Shown here: positions 18,216 to 28,734 of the stretch, piece by piece
How positions within the stretch are numbered: position 1 is the stretch's first letter
How the letters are laid out: each line of letters starts with the position of its first letter
Assembly (NCBI GenBank): GCA_913031205.1
Contig: CAJWEM010000005.1
Span: 1 to 59,925 of the forward strand
Source: an uncultured Gammaproteobacteria bacterium
GTDB lineage: Bacteria > Pseudomonadota > Gammaproteobacteria > Poriferisulfidales > GCA-002705445
Length of the DNA stretch: 59,925 nt
Direction of reading: 5' to 3'
Program-made: the position numbers and the translations under genes
The notes under the pieces: generated by a model
The model's input: only the letters and a program-made list of their open reading frames with translations
Databases searched by the model: none
What the model was told of the DNA's origin: nothing

Positions 18216-19472
18216 TTACCTTATGTTTCCATCGCCAATAACAATATATTTTTCGTTAGTTAAGCCCTCTATTCCTACTGGGCCACGTGCATGAAGTTTA
18301 TTTGTGCTAATGCCAATTTCTGCGCCTAATCCGTACTCGAATCCATCGGCAAAACGTGAGGAAGCATTGTGCATCACTGAGCTTGAATCGACGTTCCTTA
18401 AAAAAGAATTAGCAACTTGATCGTTCTCCGTAACGATAACATCTGTATGACCTGAGCCATATGTTGAAATATGATTAATAGCTCCTGATAAATCTTCTAC
18501 TATTATAATTGAAAGAATAGAATCTAAATATTCAGTTTCCCAATCTTCTTGCGTTGCATCTTTGACAGAATTTATAATTTTTTTTGTTTTTGAGCAGCCT
18601 CTAAGTTCTACTTTTTTCTCAACTAACTTTTCTTCCAATAAAGGAAGGAATTTTTCAGATATATTGGTGTCAACAATAAGAGTTTCCATAGCATTGCACA
18701 CGCCGGTCCTTTGGGTTTTTGAGTTCACTGAAATCTCCAAGGCTTTATTAATATCTGCATCCTCATGAATATAAACATGGCATATACCGTCTAAGTGCTT
18801 CAAAACAGGTATTGATGAAATTTCATCCACTAGCTTAATTAAGTTCTTACCGCCCCTTGGTATAACAATATCGATAGAGTCATTCCTAACTAATAATTCA
18901 TTCACAATTTTTCTGTCTACTTTGTTTATAAGCTGAACGGCATTTGTGTTTACATTATTTTCTTGCAATGCTTTTTTAACACATTTTTCTAGTACAATAT
19001 TTGTTCTGATAGACTCAGACCCTCCCCTCAGAATAATTGAATTACCAGATTTGATGCTAAGAGCAGATGCATCAATTGTAACATTTGGCCTAGATTCGTA
19101 TATCATTGCAATTACTCCTAGAGGCATAGACATCTTGCCGACTTTAATTCCGCTAGGCATCGTTTTTAGTTCTTTTATATCCCCAACAGGATCATCTATA
19201 GCAATTATTTCTACAATACTATCAATCATCGCATCAATTCTAAGATCATTAAGAAGAAGTCTGTCTATGAAGGATTCCGCAAAATTCTCACTTTTTTTAA
19301 GAGCTTCTATATCTATCTTATTCTCTGACTTTATATCTTCTCTGTTCTTCTTAATTTCATTCACTAAATCATTGAGAATTGAATCTTTTTGGGTCTGAGT
19401 AATACAAGAAATTTCACGTGATGATTCACGCGCGAGTAAGCACACATTGTCTACATAGCTATTAATATCCAT
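18216..19472 (-). CDS. proA: Gamma-glutamyl phosphate reductase
   Basis: PLGVIAMIYESRPNVT, IPRGG, GVCNAMETL, NASSRFADGFEYGLGAEIGIST. Confidence 0.97.
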   Translation of the reverse strand: MDINSYVDNVCLLARESSREISCITQTQKDSILNDLVNEIKKNREDIKSENKIDIEALKKSENFAESFIDRLLLNDLRIDAMIDSIVEIIAIDDPVGDIKELKTMPSGIKVGKMSMPLGVIAMIYESRPNVTIDASALSIKSGNSIILRGGSESIRTNIVLEKCVKKALQENNVNTNAVQLINKVDRKIVNELLVRNDSIDIVIPRGGKNLIKLVDEISSIPVLKHLDGICHVYIHEDADINKALEISVNSKTQRTGVCNAMETLIVDTNISEKFLPLLEEKLVEKKVELRGCSKTKKIINSVKDATQEDWETEYLDSILSIIIVEDLSGAINHISTYGSGHTDVIVTENDQVANSFLRNVDSSSVMHNASSRFADGFEYGLGAEIGISTNKLHARGPVGIEGLTNEKYIVIGDGNIR

Positions 19473-19484
19473 AAATATATTATA

Positions 19485-20513
19485 TTAAGTATATTTAATT
19501 ACTGAAAGTTTATTTTTTGCTAGAGAAACTGATAAATCATAAATTGAATCCCATATATTTCCATATAATGCACCTTTTGATTGCATATCAATTCTCACTA
19601 AAACACCTATATATGACTCAATTTTCTTAATAGATAGTTTATCAATAGAATTCGATACCAGATTTTTTCGCTCGTAAGGCCAAATATTTTTTAAGATCTC
19701 CTGTTTCGATTTTCCCTCATTTATTGACTCAATATAAAATAGAATCGATCTTAAAGTTCTTATAAAAGACCATATTATGTATTGAGTAGGATAATCATTA
19801 TTTTTTAAAAAACTATAACAACTATTAACTTTTTTTAAATTACCATCTATTGCATAATCAACTAAATTATTTGCTACATAGTCAGTATTTTCTGATAGGA
19901 TTTTATTCAAAAAATTTTGGTCAACCTCCCTTTTATCGCCTAACATCAAATCTATTTTAATTAAAGTCTGACTTGCAGAGACCATATTTCCCTCAAACAT
20001 ATCAGCAATGTAATTTATACAATTTTTATCAATTTTATAATTGTATTTTTTAATCAAAATACATATTTCGTCTATCATATTTTTTCTTGTCATTGGGAAA
20101 ATTCTTATTAACCCAACATTATCATTTTTCAATCCTAAATATTTTTTTCTAAATTCAGTAGCTTTTAATTCAGGAAGTCTAAAAATTAAAATAATGTCTT
20201 GTGAAATTGAATCTGTGCACTCTAGAATATTTTTTTCAGCTTGTATTCCAACAGATTTTGTGAGGAATCTAAGCTCTATTATTTTTTTCTCAGAAAATAG
20301 AGATAAATTTGAATTAGTGGTTTCAAAACTTTTCCAGTCAAATGATTTTTCAACATACAGAATCTCGTGTTCCTCGAAACCGGTCTGTTGCGCTTTATTA
20401 ATAATTTTTTGCGTACAGGTGTCCTCTTGGTATGATTCATTTCCTGTAATAATATAGATTGGATGTATTTTTTTATCTAACTCGTTAGTTAATTGATTGT
20501 AATATATTTGCAT
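19485..20513 (-). CDS. holA: DNA polymerase III delta subunit
   Basis: PIY.I.G.E, FDW, SLFSEKKIIEL, EGNM; leuS-lptE-holA-proA synteny. Confidence 0.85.
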   Translation of the reverse strand: MQIYYNQLTNELDKKIHPIYIITGNESYQEDTCTQKIINKAQQTGFEEHEILYVEKSFDWKSFETTNSNLSLFSEKKIIELRFLTKSVGIQAEKNILECTDSISQDIILIFRLPELKATEFRKKYLGLKNDNVGLIRIFPMTRKNMIDEICILIKKYNYKIDKNCINYIADMFEGNMVSASQTLIKIDLMLGDKREVDQNFLNKILSENTDYVANNLVDYAIDGNLKKVNSCYSFLKNNDYPTQYIIWSFIRTLRSILFYIESINEGKSKQEILKNIWPYERKNLVSNSIDKLSIKKIESYIGVLVRIDMQSKGALYGNIWDSIYDLSVSLAKNKLSVIKYT

Positions 20514-20558
20514 TTTATTTATATTACATTATTAAATTATAAACTTAAATTTTTATTT

Positions 20559-21440
20559 ATGAATATTAACAAAAAGAATATTGGCTTTATTGGTACTGGA
20601 ATAATTGGATATCCAATGGCAAAAAATCTTATTAGATGCAAGTTTTCTACATTTGCTTATGTTCGTAATAAAAGAAAGGTTAAAGATCTTAATAATATTG
20701 GCTGTCATGTTATTAATAAACTTGATGAATTTTATCATAAGATCGATATCTTAATACTTGCTGTATCTGACACAAAAGATGTCAAAGAGATATTGGTTGG
20801 GAAAAATGGATTAGTTAGATTTAAAAATAAACCAAATATTATTATTGATATGAGCACAATATGTCCTATCGAGACAATTTCCTTATCAAAAAAACTAGCT
20901 AAACAAAAAATTTCACTTATTGATGCGCCTGTATCTGGTGGAGAAATTGGGGCAATTAAAGGAAATCTATCAATAATGGTTGGCGGAAAGAAAGAAGCAG
21001 TAAAAAAAGTTATGCCGATTTTAAAAGTTCTCGGCGAGAAAATTACACATGTTGGTAATTCAGGTTCTGGGCAGGTTGCCAAAGCATGTAACCAACTTAT
21101 AGTTGGACAAACAATAAATGCTGTAAGTGAAGCATTCATATTAGCTGATAAATTCAACGTTAATAAAAAAAATATTCGTGAAGCATTACTTGGTGGGTTT
21201 GCTAATAGTAAAATTCTTGAAGTTCATGGTCAAAGAATGTTGGAAAATAAATATAAACCAGGTTTTAAAACAAAACTGCATGCAAAAGATATGAGAATTG
21301 TTAAAAATATTACAAAAAAGAAAAAATTAAATTTATCTGGTGTTAATATTGTTCACAAATTTATGCAAATAACAAATAAAATAGGTCATGGTGAAAAAGA
21401 CTCGTCTGCTTATTACTTATCTCTAAAAAGTAAAAAATAA
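20559..21440 (+). CDS. 2-hydroxy-3-oxopropionate reductase-like (GlxR/GarR, beta-hydroxyacid dehydrogenase family)
   Basis: IGFIGTGIIG, DMSTI, DAPVSGG, GSGQVAKACNQ, ALLGGFA.S.ILEVHG.RM. Confidence 0.85.
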   Translation: MNINKKNIGFIGTGIIGYPMAKNLIRCKFSTFAYVRNKRKVKDLNNIGCHVINKLDEFYHKIDILILAVSDTKDVKEILVGKNGLVRFKNKPNIIIDMSTICPIETISLSKKLAKQKISLIDAPVSGGEIGAIKGNLSIMVGGKKEAVKKVMPILKVLGEKITHVGNSGSGQVAKACNQLIVGQTINAVSEAFILADKFNVNKKNIREALLGGFANSKILEVHGQRMLENKYKPGFKTKLHAKDMRIVKNITKKKKLNLSGVNIVHKFMQITNKIGHGEKDSSAYYLSLKSKK

Positions 21441-22147
21441 TGCTAATTTTAAAATCATTACTGTTTGGGATGTATTTTATAAAAATTTCTTATAGAAATT
21501 ATCTCCCTCTTTTATTTTTTTTACTTTTATTTAATTACATAGTTCAAAATATAAATAATCCTTTATTAATATTCTTGTCTTTTATACTTTATTTGGTTAT
21601 ATCTTCTCCAATTTGTGTCAACATATATAGAAGCATAATTTTAGAAAAGCCACTTGGAAATCACTACTTACAATTTTTATACGAAGAATACACAAAACTG
21701 TTTATTAAAAAGCTATTTGTTTTAATTTCAGCAATAATTGGAATTTATATTATTCATATAATGATCCTTTCTCCCTTTATACCACAAGATATTTCAAAAA
21801 TGACAATTTTTTTATACGTGCTTTTTCTATATATGATTTATATTTACACAAGACTATTTTTTATTTTGCCAGCAGCAGCATTAGGGAAATCTTATAGTTT
21901 TAAAGAATGTTATTTTATGACCAAAGGGAATTCTATCAAAATATTTTTATACTATATAGCATTAGTGATACCCTATGTTATTCTAAATAATTATATATCA
22001 GATTTATTTTATAGCAGCAAAGACTACGTTGGTTTAGTATTAGGAATTTCATTTCAAATGATATTTATTGTGTTAAGCACATCACTAGTTGCATACCTAT
22101 ATAAAGGTATTATAGACTCAGACCCTTCCCTCAGAATAAAAGATTAA
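21440..22147 (+). CDS. Hypothetical polytopic membrane protein (possibly YciC/GPDPase_memb-like)
   Basis: About 6 hydrophobic segments; RL.FILPA...S..E....TKGN..KI motif; TAATG coupling to the upstream gene. Confidence 0.6.
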   Translation: MLILKSLLFGMYFIKISYRNYLPLLFFLLLFNYIVQNINNPLLIFLSFILYLVISSPICVNIYRSIILEKPLGNHYLQFLYEEYTKLFIKKLFVLISAIIGIYIIHIMILSPFIPQDISKMTIFLYVLFLYMIYIYTRLFFILPAAALGKSYSFKECYFMTKGNSIKIFLYYIALVIPYVILNNYISDLFYSSKDYVGLVLGISFQMIFIVLSTSLVAYLYKGIIDSDPSLRIKD

Positions 22148-22158
22148 TCTAGTAAAAT

Positions 22159-22632
22159 CTAAATTTTACTCCTAACAAAATTAATAGCCTGGATTTCTAA
22201 ATATTTCTTTATATCATTTTTTATTGTATTTTCCTCGCTTTCAGAGCTATTAATACTAGATGAGGAGAATTTGTGATCTTTTGATAAAGAGAAAATTTTA
22301 TTCCTAAATAATGTTGATCCATCTTTATCTTCAAGAGTTATCAAGATCGTTCCAGTTATTGTAAATTCATTTTCAGTAGCATTACTTGTAACCGACGTTG
22401 TTTCTTTTGTATAGTTTGGGCCTTCTATGGAAATACTATACATGAACTCATTATTATTAATTTTAAACCCAGCATTAATGAAAGATTGCTTAAAATTTTG
22501 ATTAGAGAGTATTTTGATAACCGCAACTTTTCCTTGGTTTTCACCAATGGTTTCAAGCCCACCAAGTTTATAACCGCAGCTAGCAAGAAAAATAAACGAA
22601 ATACAATAACTAAATATTTTAAAATTATTCAT
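22159..22632 (-). CDS. lptE: LPS-assembly lipoprotein LptE-like
   Basis: Lipobox FLASC-GY.L; overlaps the leuS stop; canonical position. Confidence 0.75.
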   Translation of the reverse strand: MNNFKIFSYCISFIFLASCGYKLGGLETIGENQGKVAVIKILSNQNFKQSFINAGFKINNNEFMYSISIEGPNYTKETTSVTSNATENEFTITGTILITLEDKDGSTLFRNKIFSLSKDHKFSSSSINSSESEENTIKNDIKKYLEIQAINFVRSKI

Positions 22633-25043
22633 ACCACTATATTAACAAGTTTGTCTTGAATATATATTATTTTTTTTATTTTTTTATTATCTGTATATTT
22701 TTTAATTTCATCTAATGATAATATTATATTTTCTATTTCTTCTTTTGATATACCAGTATTAACTTCAATTTTTTTTCGAACTTTACCATTAATCTGAACA
22801 ACCACCAATGAAATATCACTTACTAAAAATTCTTTATTTGCTTTTGGCCAACTTATTTTTTCTTTCATGTTGGTAATATTTAATTCTTTTGAAATTTCTT
22901 GGCATATATGGGGCGTTATTGGATTTAAAATAAGAATTATTTTTTCGTAAGATTCTTTAAGTATTTTTATACTTATATTATTGGTCTCTAAATGTTTTGA
23001 AATGTTATTAAGTAACTCCATACAGGTTGAAACTATCGTATTTAAGCTTAGTCTTTTACCATAATCTTCGGTAACCTTTGCAATGACTTGATTTGTCATA
23101 ATTTGGATTTTTTTTTCTTCTTTGTTATCTATGTTTGTAACAGATTTCTCAGAATTTTTTATTTTATAGCCAACTGACCAAATTTTATTAAGAAATCTAT
23201 GCGCGCCTTCAACACCATTCTCAGACCATTCTAATGAATTTTCTATTGGCGCTGCAAAAATAACAAATAGTCTTACGGTATCGGCCCCATACTTTTCTAT
23301 TAAATCTTCAGGATTTATTACATTACCTTTTGATTTTGACATTTTTGAGCCATCTTTTAAAACCATACCTTGTGTTACTAAAGACTTAAAAGGCTCATTT
23401 GATTTAACTAAACCCTCGTCTCTAAGTAACTTATGAAAGAAACGCGCATATAAAAGATGGAGTACTGCATGCTCTATACCACCAACGTATATATCAACTG
23501 GCATCCAATAATCTGCTTCTTTGCCGACCATCTGTTTACTATTGTCTGGCGAACAAAATCTTGATTGGTACCAGCTAGATTCAAAAAATGTATCTAACGT
23601 ATCGGTTTCTCTTATAGCTTTTAAGCCAGTTTTTTTACATTTTGTATGTTTCCAGCTTGAATGGTTATCCAAAGGATTGCCTGTTTTTGAAAAATCCACG
23701 TCTTCAGGAAGCTCAATTGGCAATTCGTCAAGGTCAACTGGGATAATTTCGCCATCTTCTCTATAAATAATTGGGATTGGACATCCCCAATATCTTTGTC
23801 TAGAAATTCCCCAATCTCTTAACCTAAAATTTTTCTTTGCCTGGCCAATATTATTTTTTTCGATAAATTCAATAATAGATTTTGATGCAGAGGTATTCTC
23901 TAAACCATTAAATTCACTTGAATTTATGATATAACCTCTCCCAGTATATACTTCTTCATTAGAAGCATCTTCGTTTTCTATTACTTTTATAATTTCTAGG
24001 CTGTATTTTTTAGCAAAATCGAAATCTCTTTGGTCATGGGCTGGTACGCCCATTACTGCTCCTGTTCCATACCCAGTTAAAACGTAGTTTGATACCCAAA
24101 TTGGAATTTTTTTATTGTTAAGTGGATGAATCGCATGAAGACCGGTAAAAATACCGTTTATTTTTTTATCTGTCTTATCATGAGAATCCTTTTCGTTGAT
24201 AATTTTTTTTGCAAATTCTTTTAGCTCTAATGATAAATTATCAATTAATTGATGATCTGCTGCGATAGCAAGAAATGTAACTCCAAATATTGTGTCAGGG
24301 CGAGTAGTAAAAACTTTAATAATATCATTTGATTCTGTTAAAAAATCAAATTCAGCACCATTTGATTCACCAATCCAGTTTTTTTGCATAGTAATTACGT
24401 TATCAGGCCAAAAGTCGGTTAATTCATCAAGATCATTCAATAATTCTTCAGAGTATGATGATGTCTTTAAAAACCATTGCGATATTTTCTTTTTTTCTAC
24501 TTCAGCTCCTGATCTCCAGCCTTTACCATCAATAACTTGTTCATTTGCTAAAACTGTTTTGTCAATGGGATCCCAATTTACTAAAGATTCTTTTTTGTAA
24601 ACGAGCTTTTTTTCGAAAAGTTTTATAAAAAACCATTGTTCCCATTTATAATAGTCTTTTGAGCAGGTTGATATTTCCCTATCCCAATCATAACTTAAAC
24701 CTAATTTCATAAGTTGATTTCTCATATTCTCAATATTTGAAGATGTCCATTCCAGAGGAGATAGGTTATTCTGCATAGCTGCATTTTCGGCAGGTAAGCC
24801 AAAAGCATCCCATCCGATTGGGTGAAGAACGTTTTCTCCAAGCATACGATGAAATCTTGCTATAACATCGCTAATTGTATAGTTTCTGACGTGTCCAATA
24901 TGAAGATTACCGCTTGGGTAAGGGAACATTGATAAGCAATAAAACTTTTTCTCCGAAGATACATCTGCCCTAAAGGTTTTATTGGATATCCATTCTTTTT
25001 GAACTTTTTCTTCAATATTTTTTGGATTGTAAATTTCCTGCAT
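22629..25043 (-). CDS. leuS: Leucine--tRNA ligase
   Basis: MFPYPSGNLHIGH, FTTRPDT editing domain, SRQRYWG, GGIEHA, KMSKS. Confidence 0.98.
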   Translation of the reverse strand: MQEIYNPKNIEEKVQKEWISNKTFRADVSSEKKFYCLSMFPYPSGNLHIGHVRNYTISDVIARFHRMLGENVLHPIGWDAFGLPAENAAMQNNLSPLEWTSSNIENMRNQLMKLGLSYDWDREISTCSKDYYKWEQWFFIKLFEKKLVYKKESLVNWDPIDKTVLANEQVIDGKGWRSGAEVEKKKISQWFLKTSSYSEELLNDLDELTDFWPDNVITMQKNWIGESNGAEFDFLTESNDIIKVFTTRPDTIFGVTFLAIAADHQLIDNLSLELKEFAKKIINEKDSHDKTDKKINGIFTGLHAIHPLNNKKIPIWVSNYVLTGYGTGAVMGVPAHDQRDFDFAKKYSLEIIKVIENEDASNEEVYTGRGYIINSSEFNGLENTSASKSIIEFIEKNNIGQAKKNFRLRDWGISRQRYWGCPIPIIYREDGEIIPVDLDELPIELPEDVDFSKTGNPLDNHSSWKHTKCKKTGLKAIRETDTLDTFFESSWYQSRFCSPDNSKQMVGKEADYWMPVDIYVGGIEHAVLHLLYARFFHKLLRDEGLVKSNEPFKSLVTQGMVLKDGSKMSKSKGNVINPEDLIEKYGADTVRLFVIFAAPIENSLEWSENGVEGAHRFLNKIWSVGYKIKNSEKSVTNIDNKEEKKIQIMTNQVIAKVTEDYGKRLSLNTIVSTCMELLNNISKHLETNNISIKILKESYEKIILILNPITPHICQEISKELNITNMKEKISWPKANKEFLVSDISLVVVQINGKVRKKIEVNTGISKEEIENIILSLDEIKKYTDNKKIKKIIYIQDKLVNIVV

Positions 25044-25100
25044 CTTATTATTTTGTTATACTTTTATTAATTTATAGATCTAACATATAATGACTTAATT

Positions 25101-26360
25101 ATGATTATAAACAAAGATACGCTCGAATTTAATAAAAATATATTTTCTAAAAACTTTATCAGGAGATTCTTACAGACTGAATCTGCTTCGGGAGTTCTTC
25201 TTATTATTTTCAGTGTACTGGCTATAATATTAGCTAACTCTGATCTTTCCTACTATTATTATTTAGTAAAAAATACCTACTTAACTATACATATTGATGA
25301 TTTTTTACTAAAAGAGACAGTTCATCATTGGGTTAATGATGGTTTAATGGCGATTTTCTTTTTAGTTATAGGTTTAGAATTAAAAAGAGAAATGATTAAT
25401 GGAAATCTATCAACCATATCAAGTGTTATTCTTCCTGGAATAGCTGCAGTAGGAGGTATGGTGGTTCCAGCGGCAGTTTATTTAATGATAAATAGTAATC
25501 AGCCGCTTGCAACACCTGGGTGGGCAATACCAACAGCAACAGATATTGCGTTTTCTCTTGCGGTCTTATCAATATTAGGAAGTAGAGTACCTGTCGGACT
25601 AAAAATATTTTTATTATCATTAGCAATTATCGATGATCTTGGTGCGGTTATGGTAATTGCCTTGTACTATACAGCTGATATATCTTTTACTTATCTATCG
25701 TATGCGCTCGGGTCATTTATTGCGCTAATGGTTTTAAATCTACTGAATGTAAGATTTTTGAGCGTTTATCTATTTGTTGGCTTATTCTTATGGTATTTTA
25801 TTTTACACTCTGGTGTACATACAACAATTGCTGGTGTAATTTTAGCAGCAACAATCCCTTTTTCAGTTAAAAAAAGCGACTTCTCCCCCTTAAAGTTTCT
25901 GGAAGAGAAACTTCATACGTTTTCAGGATTTATAATTTTACCTTTATTTGCATTTTTTAATGCTGATATAGATTTGGACTCATTAAGTGTTACGTCTCTA
26001 TCAAACACTGTACCTTTAGGAATTATGCTAGGTCTACTATTAGGCAAACCAGTAGGTATTACATTGTTAACCTATATTTCAGTAAAACTAAAATTATGTA
26101 ATTTACCAAGTAATGTATCTATTGTTGATATTTTAGGAGTATCATTTCTTTGTGGAATTGGTTTTACAATGAGCTTATTTATAAACACGCTTGCCTTTTC
26201 AGAGGGCGCTGACCTAATGTTTGGCCAGCAGTATTCAAAATCTGGTATATTTTTCGGCTCAATTTTATCTGGTATTATAGGTTACTTAATTTTAAAAGTT
26301 CAGCTTAAAGATGAAGTCGTTTTAGACAATGAGAGTGAAAAACTTGATGAGCAAAAATAA
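25101..26360 (+). CDS. nhaA: Na+/H+ antiporter NhaA
   Basis: WVNDGLMAIFF, GWAIPTATDIAF, LAIIDDLGAV, GIGFTMSLFI. Confidence 0.97.
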   Translation: MIINKDTLEFNKNIFSKNFIRRFLQTESASGVLLIIFSVLAIILANSDLSYYYYLVKNTYLTIHIDDFLLKETVHHWVNDGLMAIFFLVIGLELKREMINGNLSTISSVILPGIAAVGGMVVPAAVYLMINSNQPLATPGWAIPTATDIAFSLAVLSILGSRVPVGLKIFLLSLAIIDDLGAVMVIALYYTADISFTYLSYALGSFIALMVLNLLNVRFLSVYLFVGLFLWYFILHSGVHTTIAGVILAATIPFSVKKSDFSPLKFLEEKLHTFSGFIILPLFAFFNADIDLDSLSVTSLSNTVPLGIMLGLLLGKPVGITLLTYISVKLKLCNLPSNVSIVDILGVSFLCGIGFTMSLFINTLAFSEGADLMFGQQYSKSGIFFGSILSGIIGYLILKVQLKDEVVLDNESEKLDEQK

Positions 26361-27372
26361 TACATTATATAAAACTATATTAACTATTAGCGGTTTAATT
26401 ATAATTTTTGCTGGATTGAAAGTCGCAGATAAAATTATAGTTCCATTTTTATTATCAATGTTTATTGCTTTAATATCATTTCCATTATTAAAATTTTTTC
26501 AGTCAAAAAAAATAAATACGCCGATATCAGTGTCCTTGGTGCTGATTACGATAGTATCTGTAAGTTTTGCGTTCGCAGCTTTAATCGGAACTTCAATTAA
26601 TAGCTTTAGAAGATCTCTTCCCGAATATAAAGAAAAAATTAATGTGGGAATTGATAATATTTCAAGAATTGCAGAAAATTTTAATATTAACCTAGATAAG
26701 AATTTTTTATATGAATATATTGATCCGAATTTTATAATGCAATCAGTGGCTAATACAATAAGTGCTTTCGGAAATGTCTTGACAAATTATTTTCTAATTT
26801 TATTTATAGTTATGTTTACTCTTCTAGAGGCAGCAATTTTTTCAAAAAAACTAAAAAAAGCCTTTAGTGATAGTGATAAATCTATAAACAACTTTAAAAA
26901 TTTTAGTGATAATATGAATAAATATCTCTCAATAAAAACAATTGTCAGTATTATTACTGGATTTTTAATTTATTTTGCATTAACTATTATTGGTCTAGAT
27001 CATGCTGTAATGTGGGGTCTTATAGCCTTTTTGCTAAATTATATTCCGAATATTGGATCAATAATAGCGTCTATTCCAGCAATACTTATAGCATTGATTC
27101 AATTTAATATTTATTATGCGCTCTTAGTATCAATAATATATCTTGTTGTAAATGTTGTAATGGGAACTATAATTGAACCAAAATATTTGGGTAAAGAACT
27201 TGGTCTTTCGACGCTCATTATCTTCTTATCTTTAATTTTCTGGGGTTGGTTGCTTGGTCCGGTTGGAATGTTGCTTTCAGTGCCACTTACTATGATTGTA
27301 AAAATTGCTCTTGAAAGTTACGATGATACAAAATGGATTGCAATTTTATTAAGCCGAAATATTAAAGAATAA
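26347..27372 (+). CDS. AI-2E (UPF0118/PerM) family transporter
   Basis: LLNYIPNIGS, IEPK..G..LGLS, WGWLLGPVGMLLSVPLT. Confidence 0.92.
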   Translation: MSKNNTLYKTILTISGLIIIFAGLKVADKIIVPFLLSMFIALISFPLLKFFQSKKINTPISVSLVLITIVSVSFAFAALIGTSINSFRRSLPEYKEKINVGIDNISRIAENFNINLDKNFLYEYIDPNFIMQSVANTISAFGNVLTNYFLILFIVMFTLLEAAIFSKKLKKAFSDSDKSINNFKNFSDNMNKYLSIKTIVSIITGFLIYFALTIIGLDHAVMWGLIAFLLNYIPNIGSIIASIPAILIALIQFNIYYALLVSIIYLVVNVVMGTIIEPKYLGKELGLSTLIIFLSLIFWGWLLGPVGMLLSVPLTMIVKIALESYDDTKWIAILLSRNIKE

Positions 27373-27384
27373 AATTTTTTCTAC

Positions 27385-28734
27385 TTACCACGTAAAGCTA
27401 CCTTTTGAAAAAAATTTCAAAAATATTGATACTTTTTCTAAACTTTCAATATATTCATCCTCGGGGTTAGAGTCATAAACAATTCCTCCACCAGCCGCAA
27501 AATTTAACTTTCCATTATTTATCATTATTGTTCTAATGCATATGTTAGTATCCATATTATTGTTTTTATCAAGATAGCCAATTGAACCGCAGTATACACC
27601 GCGGGGTCTCTTCTCAAGCTCGCTTATTATCTCCATAGATCGTATTTTTGGAGCTCCTGTAATAGATCCGCCTGGAAAACATGCTTCTAATATATCTATT
27701 GATTTTGTTTTATTGTTTAGCTTACCTTTAATTGTGCTTACCATATGATGAACTGAGGCATAAGTTTCAATATCAAATAGCTTTTCTACTTTTACGCTAT
27801 TTAAATCACAGCATTTACTTAAATCATTTCTCAATAAATCAACAATCATTAAATTTTCTGATAAATTTTTTTCATCATTTTGCAGTATATCTTTTTGCTT
27901 ATTATCTTTAATTTTATCCTGTAATCTCTTTAAGGTTCCCTTAATAGGTTTTGTCTCAACGATATTATCTTTTACAGAAATAAATCTTTCTGGAGAAGAG
28001 CTTATTATAGAATTTTCACCAAATTTGAAAAATGAAGAATAAGGAGCAGGGTTTTTATTTCTTATATCTTTATAAAGTGACCATGTATCTCCAATAAAAT
28101 CTACTTCAAAATTTTGAGAATAATTTACCTGATAACAGTCACCCTCTGATATATATTTCTTGATTTTTTTTACATCTTTTATATATTGATCTTTAGATGT
28201 TAGCTGATTTAAATTAGAAAAAGAATAATCCAATTTTTTAACTTTAATTTTTATATCCAAATTAACAATATCAATAATTTTTTTAATAAAAGAATTCATT
28301 TTCTCATAAGTTAGCCAGGCGCTTTTTTCAACATGATCTATTACTATTGCCCACTCATATAAGCCCACAGCAATATCTGGGAATCTTCCATCAATGTATG
28401 AATCGGTATAATTAAATGCGTCGTATCCAAAATATCCCATAAAACCAGAGTTAAAAGGCAGATCTGATGAGTGTTGAATATTGGAATATTTATAATATTT
28501 TTTGATTACTGTTAAAGGATCTTCCTTATAACTTGATTTAATACCGTCTTTTTCAACAATAATATTATTTTTTTTTGAAATTATTTTTATAACAGGATCA
28601 CAAGAAAGAATGCAATATCGCCCTTCACTTCCTTTGTCGAAGCAACTATCTAAAAAAATAAACCATTCGTTATTTTTTAATATATCAGCGTAATAACAAG
28701 AGTTTTTATGATAATTTATTTTAATTTTATTCAT
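27385..28734 (-). CDS. pabB: Aminodeoxychorismate synthase component I
   Basis: FLDS, GDCYQVN, PAPYS, SPERF, TKPIKGT, ENLMIVDLLRND, FPGGSITGAPK. Confidence 0.93.
   Translation of the reverse strand: MNKIKINYHKNSCYYADILKNNEWFIFLDSCFDKGSEGRYCILSCDPVIKIISKKNNIIVEKDGIKSSYKEDPLTVIKKYYKYSNIQHSSDLPFNSGFMGYFGYDAFNYTDSYIDGRFPDIAVGLYEWAIVIDHVEKSAWLTYEKMNSFIKKIIDIVNLDIKIKVKKLDYSFSNLNQLTSKDQYIKDVKKIKKYISEGDCYQVNYSQNFEVDFIGDTWSLYKDIRNKNPAPYSSFFKFGENSIISSSPERFISVKDNIVETKPIKGTLKRLQDKIKDNKQKDILQNDEKNLSENLMIVDLLRNDLSKCCDLNSVKVEKLFDIETYASVHHMVSTIKGKLNNKTKSIDILEACFPGGSITGAPKIRSMEIISELEKRPRGVYCGSIGYLDKNNNMDTNICIRTIMINNGKLNFAAGGGIVYDSNPEDEYIESLEKVSIFLKFFSKGSFTW

Noticed and set aside
17994-18263. 89-aa plus-strand ORF across the prfB 5' region
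   Set aside because: Antisense shadow; the region is explained by the frameshifted prfB N-terminus
18946-19398. 150-aa ORF antisense to proA, and similar ORFs antisense to holA, the GlxR-like gene, leuS, acnA and moaB
   Set aside because: Ser/Ile/Phe-rich shadow frames of conserved genes with no motifs
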